From an uncultured Acidobacteriaceae bacterium (GTDB lineage: Bacteria > Acidobacteriota > Terriglobia > Terriglobales > Acidobacteriaceae): a DNA stretch of 64,000 nucleotides. Position 1 is the first letter of the stretch. The number at the start of each line of letters is the position of its first letter. Below the pieces are notes generated by a model. The model was not told where the DNA came from, searched no databases, and worked only from the letters and a program-made list of their open reading frames with translations. This document shows positions 60,025 to 64,000 of the stretch, in pieces. Location of the stretch: assembly GCA_963763605.1 (NCBI GenBank), contig CAVXPJ010000006.1, positions 670 to 64,669 of the forward strand, read 5' to 3'. A program made the translations under genes and the position numbers.

Positions 60025-63000
60025 TTAGAAGAAGAACTTCGCGGCGAACTGCATCTGACGTGCGCCGTAGAGGCCGTTGTTGGTCCCCGAGGTTGCGCCG
60101 AAGGCTGCGAGCCCAGTACCGCTGTAGGGAGAGATGCAGCCCTGGAGCGCCGATCCCGCAGGAACCGTTCCACCGGTCGCCGAGCCAGGCGCCGAGCTGC
60201 AAGCAGCCGTTGCCGAGGCAGAGGAGGCGGCATACTGCGAGTAGGTGCCATTAACTGCGGTGATGATGGTGTGGTTCAACAGATTGAAGGCATCGGCCGA
60301 GAACTGCATGTAGATACGGTCGTGGATAGGGATGTTGCGGGACAGGCGGAAGTCCAGGTTGTTGTAGCCCGGCATGTAGATGCTGTTGCGACCGATCTGC
60401 GGTGGACGGCCCTGAGTGGCTGCACCGCTACTGGAGCTGATGGCGCCGCCGTAGATGCCGCCGTCGGCTCCGTAGCTGGTGCCGGTCCCGCTGTAGATGG
60501 TGCTGCCGCCATTTGCGAGGAAGATGGGTTCGCCGCCAGAGGCGATGAAACCACCGGAGAAGGTGAAGTCATCGAAGGCGTATTTGACGATCTTGTTGCC
60601 CTCCATGATCTTCGGCTGATAGACGAAGCTCAGGGCGAAGCGGTTGCGAATGTCGGTGTCTGACGGACCGTTGTCGCGGCTGGTGTTGTTGGGATCGAGT
60701 GGAGTGTCGCCGCCATAGAAGGTGCCGTTGGTGCCCTGCACCTGGCCGGTGTCGGTCGCACGAGCCCAGGTATAGTTGGCGAGCACCTCAAGACCGTTGC
60801 TGAAGGGACGACGAACCGTCATGGCAAGAGAGTTGTACCAGGTATTGGCGATGCTGAAGCCGGTGTTGAATCCGGCAAGCGCACTATTGCGACGATCCGA
60901 CTGCAGATATACCGGAACGGTGAGAACCTGGGTGACCTGGTTGGCAGCGTTCAGCACATCGTAGGTGCGCGTTCCGTGTGGGGTCTGGCCGATGAGGTTG
61001 GCGTCGATGAAGACGGGCAGCCGGAGAGCACGAGTACCAACGTAGCCGACCGAGAGAGACATCTTGCCGGGCAGCGCCTGTTCGACTCCTAGTTCAGCTT
61101 CATGCGCGAGCGGTGGAACGAAGTTCGGATCCAGACCGTGGAAGCTTTGCGCACCTAGAGCGGACGGCCCGTTGACTGCAGGCGCGGCCCCGCCGGAGGG
61201 AAAGAGCGCCGAGGAGAGCGAAGGACCGGTGACCGGGAATGGCACGTTGGGGTACTTGAGCAAGGCAGAGGGGCTGGGGACGGCTGCGCATCTGGTAGCG
61301 AGAGTCGTACCGGATTCGCAGCCCGTGAAGTTGTAGTTGATCTGGACAACGCCGTTCTCCACGCGCGCGGCGTAGTAGGTGCTGCCCTGATTGAGAGCGG
61401 AGAAGATGCCGTAACCGCCACGAACTACCGTGCCGGCGTAAGGCGACCAACTGAAGCCGACACGCGGCTGAACGCGGTCGGTTACATTTTTGATCGTGCC
61501 GGTGTAGATGCTGGAGAGCGGCGGGTAGTTATTGTTGACCTTACCTGGCGCGGGCGTGAGCTGAATGTCGTAGCGAACGCCTGCAGTAAGAGTAAGGTTC
61601 GGGCGAATCTTCCAGGTATCTTCTACAAAGCCGTCGAACATCTTTACCCAGAAGTCGTCCTTGCCCTGGGTACCGGGAGCCGTGTTCACGACATCGATCG
61701 TCTGGACGAAGGTGTTGTAGTGGAATCCGGCATAGGGATCGGTATCGCCGGGCTGCCCCTGGAAGGCATCCTGAATCCAGTCTTGAAAGGCCGCCGTGTT
61801 GGTGGTGTCGGCGTAGCCGTAGACGCCGCCCCCCTGGAAGAGGTTGATCATCACCTCGTGAACGAGGTTGATGTCGCCACCGGCTTTGAGAGTGTGATGG
61901 CCTTTGGTAGTCGAGAAGACATCGGTGAACTGGATACGGTGCTCGTCCGGTTCCGCGACACGCGGCAGGGCGTTGGGCAAGCCGAAGGTGCCAACGCCTG
62001 TGGCGACGCTGGGGCCTGAGGCGTTGGCGCCTGCGGTCTCGAGGTCGCGGCCATACTGGAAGTGAATCTGGTTAATGGAAGCCTTGCCGAGCTGGGTGGT
62101 GAGTCCGGCGACCAGGAAGCGCTCATGGTAACTGGTGGGTCCGTTGGTCGAGGGCGAGCTGTTGGTGAAGGTGTTGCCCGGACTATAGCCGTAGGTGCTG
62201 TCGTAGTCTGCGAAGTTGTAGTCCACGAAGACGTCGTTGCGGCTGTTGATGTGGAAGTCGAGGCGCGGGAAGAAGAGGTTCTGCTTCTGGAAGCGGGCAG
62301 GGGGCGCATCACCAGGGGCGATGTTGCTTACGTTCAAGAGGAAGTTGATGCCGGACAAACACTGTGCGGCAGTGATGCCCGCCGTGCCGGCATATCCAGG
62401 GGTACCTACGACCGGGCATTGGTTCGGGGTAACGGTAGTGGATGCGGCGTAGGCGCCAGCGCCAGTGGTGGAGATGGTGTTGGTGTTGGCGTAAAGAACC
62501 CGGCCAACCTTGCGGAATCCGTCGTAGGTGAAGAAGAAGAAGAGACGGTCCTTGATGATGGGTCCGCCGACTGAGCCGCCGAACTGGTGCTGCTGATGGA
62601 CGGGCTGGGTGAGGAGGAAGGCGTTTCCATTGTTATGCAGCGCCTGGAATTTGTTGTAGGGGTCGAGCGCGTTGAGGTCGGGATAGCGGAGATAGTAGAA
62701 GCCATCGCCATGGAACTGGTTGGTGCCGCTCTTGGTGATGGCGTTGACCTGACCGCCGGCGGCCTGGCCGAATTCGACAGAGTAGTTCGAGGTCTGGGCC
62801 TGAAACTCCTTGATGGAGTCGATGGAGTAGACGTAAGGAGCACCGGAGGCGCGGCCGCGGGCTTCAGAGAACAGAAGCTGATTGTTGTTCGAGCCGTCGA
62901 CGTAGTTCTGGTTGTAGAGACCGCTGATACCGTGGAAGCTGACCAGGCCCGACCCGCCATCGGGGGTCACGTTGGGCGTGTTAAGAACGAAGGCGCTCCA

Positions 63001-63477
63001 GTTGCGGGAGGCAATAGGAAGATTTGAGATCAGGGACTGGTCGATGGTCTGGGCGACCTCGGTCTTGTCGGTGTCGATAAGGGGCGATTCGCTGGTGACG
63101 ATGACCTCAGTCGAGACTGAGGCTGGCGGCAGCGTCGCGTCGACGGTGAGGATCTGACCTACGGTGAGGACGAGATTTTTGCGGTTAATTTTGCCGAAGC
63201 CGCCGCCGCTGGCTGTGATCTCGTAGTGGCCTGGCAGAAGAAAGTTAGCGGCGTAGGCGCCATCACCGTTGGTGGTGAGAGTGCGGGACACGCCTGTGTC
63301 GGTATTGAGCACGACGACGGTGGCATTGGGAACCACAGCACCGGCGGAGTCGATGATGGTGCCGTTGATATTGCCGTTGCCGGAGGTCTGGGCCATCACG
63401 GAGTGGCCAGCGCAGGCAAGGACGAGGGCGGCTAATGTGAAAAAAAATAGACGCTTACAGGCTGCAGAAAGTTTCAT
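60025..63477 (-). CDS. TonB-dependent receptor with N-terminal carboxypeptidase-regulatory-like domain
   Basis: Signal peptide MKLSAACKRLFFFTLAALVLACAGHSVMAQ. GTIIDSAGAVVPNATVVVLNTDTGVSRTLTTNGDGAYAANFLLPGHYEI CarboxypepD_reg fold. Plug (SPLIDTDKTEVAQTID). Long beta-barrel ending in AAKFFF. Confidence 0.9.
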   Translation of the reverse strand: MKLSAACKRLFFFTLAALVLACAGHSVMAQTSGNGNINGTIIDSAGAVVPNATVVVLNTDTGVSRTLTTNGDGAYAANFLLPGHYEITASGGGFGKINRKNLVLTVGQILTVDATLPPASVSTEVIVTSESPLIDTDKTEVAQTIDQSLISNLPIASRNWSAFVLNTPNVTPDGGSGLVSFHGISGLYNQNYVDGSNNNQLLFSEARGRASGAPYVYSIDSIKEFQAQTSNYSVEFGQAAGGQVNAITKSGTNQFHGDGFYYLRYPDLNALDPYNKFQALHNNGNAFLLTQPVHQQHQFGGSVGGPIIKDRLFFFFTYDGFRKVGRVLYANTNTISTTGAGAYAASTTVTPNQCPVVGTPGYAGTAGITAAQCLSGINFLLNVSNIAPGDAPPARFQKQNLFFPRLDFHINSRNDVFVDYNFADYDSTYGYSPGNTFTNSSPSTNGPTSYHERFLVAGLTTQLGKASINQIHFQYGRDLETAGANASGPSVATGVGTFGLPNALPRVAEPDEHRIQFTDVFSTTKGHHTLKAGGDINLVHEVMINLFQGGGVYGYADTTNTAAFQDWIQDAFQGQPGDTDPYAGFHYNTFVQTIDVVNTAPGTQGKDDFWVKMFDGFVEDTWKIRPNLTLTAGVRYDIQLTPAPGKVNNNYPPLSSIYTGTIKNVTDRVQPRVGFSWSPYAGTVVRGGYGIFSALNQGSTYYAARVENGVVQINYNFTGCESGTTLATRCAAVPSPSALLKYPNVPFPVTGPSLSSALFPSGGAAPAVNGPSALGAQSFHGLDPNFVPPLAHEAELGVEQALPGKMSLSVGYVGTRALRLPVFIDANLIGQTPHGTRTYDVLNAANQVTQVLTVPVYLQSDRRNSALAGFNTGFSIANTWYNSLAMTVRRPFSNGLEVLANYTWARATDTGQVQGTNGTFYGGDTPLDPNNTSRDNGPSDTDIRNRFALSFVYQPKIMEGNKIVKYAFDDFTFSGGFIASGGEPIFLANGGSTIYSGTGTSYGADGGIYGGAISSSSGAATQGRPPQIGRNSIYMPGYNNLDFRLSRNIPIHDRIYMQFSADAFNLLNHTIITAVNGTYSQYAASSASATAACSSAPGSATGGTVPAGSALQGCISPYSGTGLAAFGATSGTNNGLYGARQMQFAAKFFF

Positions 63478-63486
63478 ATAATTTTG

Positions 63487-63519
63487 CCTCCAAAAAAACA
63501 CCGACAAAAAGAACGGTGT
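63487..63519 (-). promoter_or_regulatory. Terminator-like hairpin plus U-run abutting the SD of the TonB-dependent receptor gene (possible attenuator)
   Basis: Minus strand: acaccg-ttctttttgt-cggtgt followed by ttttttt, then ggagg and the ATG 9 nt later. Confidence 0.3.
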
Positions 63520-63750
63520 GTGAACGGAATGCTGATCGTCTTAAATAAGGCTGTGAAGTCTGCCAAGAGACGTTCGCTAACTGCTTCAAAGTGAATTATT
63601 GTGTTGGTTTAAGAGTCAAGCTAAGAGGCATCTACTGTCAAGGAGATTTATGGCGCCGTGGTTAAAAGCGGCGTTTTTTGGGCTTTTTTGACGTAATCAA
63701 GGTCTGTTTTGAGCACACCAACGTGCGAAATTGCGCCAAAAAAGATGCGA

Positions 63751-64000
63751 CTAGTGAAGCTGGCTGGGAATGACCGCGTACCGGATCAGCAGTTCGAATG
63801 GGACGATTTTGAGGGTGTTTTCGTGGGTGGCTTCGAGCACGATGGAACAAGCGGACCCGGCCTCCTGAACCTGCAACCAGCGCGAGGCACAGATGCACCA
63901 CCGGTCTCCTGGTTTGAGACCGGCAAAACCAAACTGCGGCATGGGGGTGCTCAGGTCGTTGCCCAGAGCCTTCGAGACTTCGAGGAAACGAGCATCGACG
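63751..64000 (-). CDS. DUF2237 family protein, 5' end outside window
   Basis: GLKPGDRWCICASRWLQVQEAG...LEATHENTLKIVPFELL matches the DUF2237 pattern. The frame stays open upstream of the listed ATG to the window edge. Confidence 0.7.
   Translation of the reverse strand, partial: VDARFLEVSKALGNDLSTPMPQFGFAGLKPGDRWCICASRWLQVQEAGSACSIVLEATHENTLKIVPFELLIRYAVIPSQLH

Overview
GC-rich bacterial chromosomal segment. By gene content it is most likely from an Acidobacteriota (Terriglobia/Acidobacteriaceae-like) genome. The pointers are TIGR03436-type VWA proteins, a 1150-aa CarboxypepD_reg-type TonB-dependent receptor, a PEP-CTERM protein, a sedolisin, and characteristic intergenic hairpin repeats. 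This taxonomic call is inference.

Most of the window is housekeeping:
- rpsB-tsf, rplM-rpsI, pyrH, metK, ahcY, glgC, tatA
- the gcvT-gcvH-gcvPA-gcvPB glycine cleavage operon
- an acyl-CoA mutase, a tRNA-Arg(CCG) and ppk2

These are interleaved with envelope and secreted functions:
- an M13 peptidase and two paralogous beta-propeller lipoproteins
- an ECF sigma/anti-sigma pair followed by a sedolisin and a PEP-CTERM protein
- a Tat metallophosphoesterase overlapping a di-haem-motif cytochrome c
- VWA proteins and a GGDEF cyclase

I see no CRISPR array, transposase, integrase, phage genes or recognisable defence or toxin genes.

The best candidate for an undescribed system is a more AT-rich 12-kb envelope locus at 17.6-30.0 kb. 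It is built almost entirely from GT-C-like polytopic membrane proteins plus acyltransferases, a methyltransferase, an orphan FtsX permease and a RodZ-like membrane HTH protein. It has no cytoplasmic glycosyltransferase, sugar-nucleotide or flippase genes.

The most striking sequence-level signal is about 30 reading-frame disruptions. They are concentrated at 33-51 kb and hit essential conserved genes (ahcY, glgC, tatA, mutase), while the flanking 12 kb on each side are clean. This is more consistent with local assembly indel errors than with real pseudogenisation, but it cannot be settled from the sequence alone.

Other observations:
- two families of intergenic hairpin repeats
- a scrambled VWA gene remnant
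- an orphan ORF wedged between gcvPA and gcvPB
- an ORF-free AT-rich 480-bp spacer
- a terminator-like leader in front of the TonB-dependent receptor

All functional calls rest on motif recognition by eye. No database search was run.
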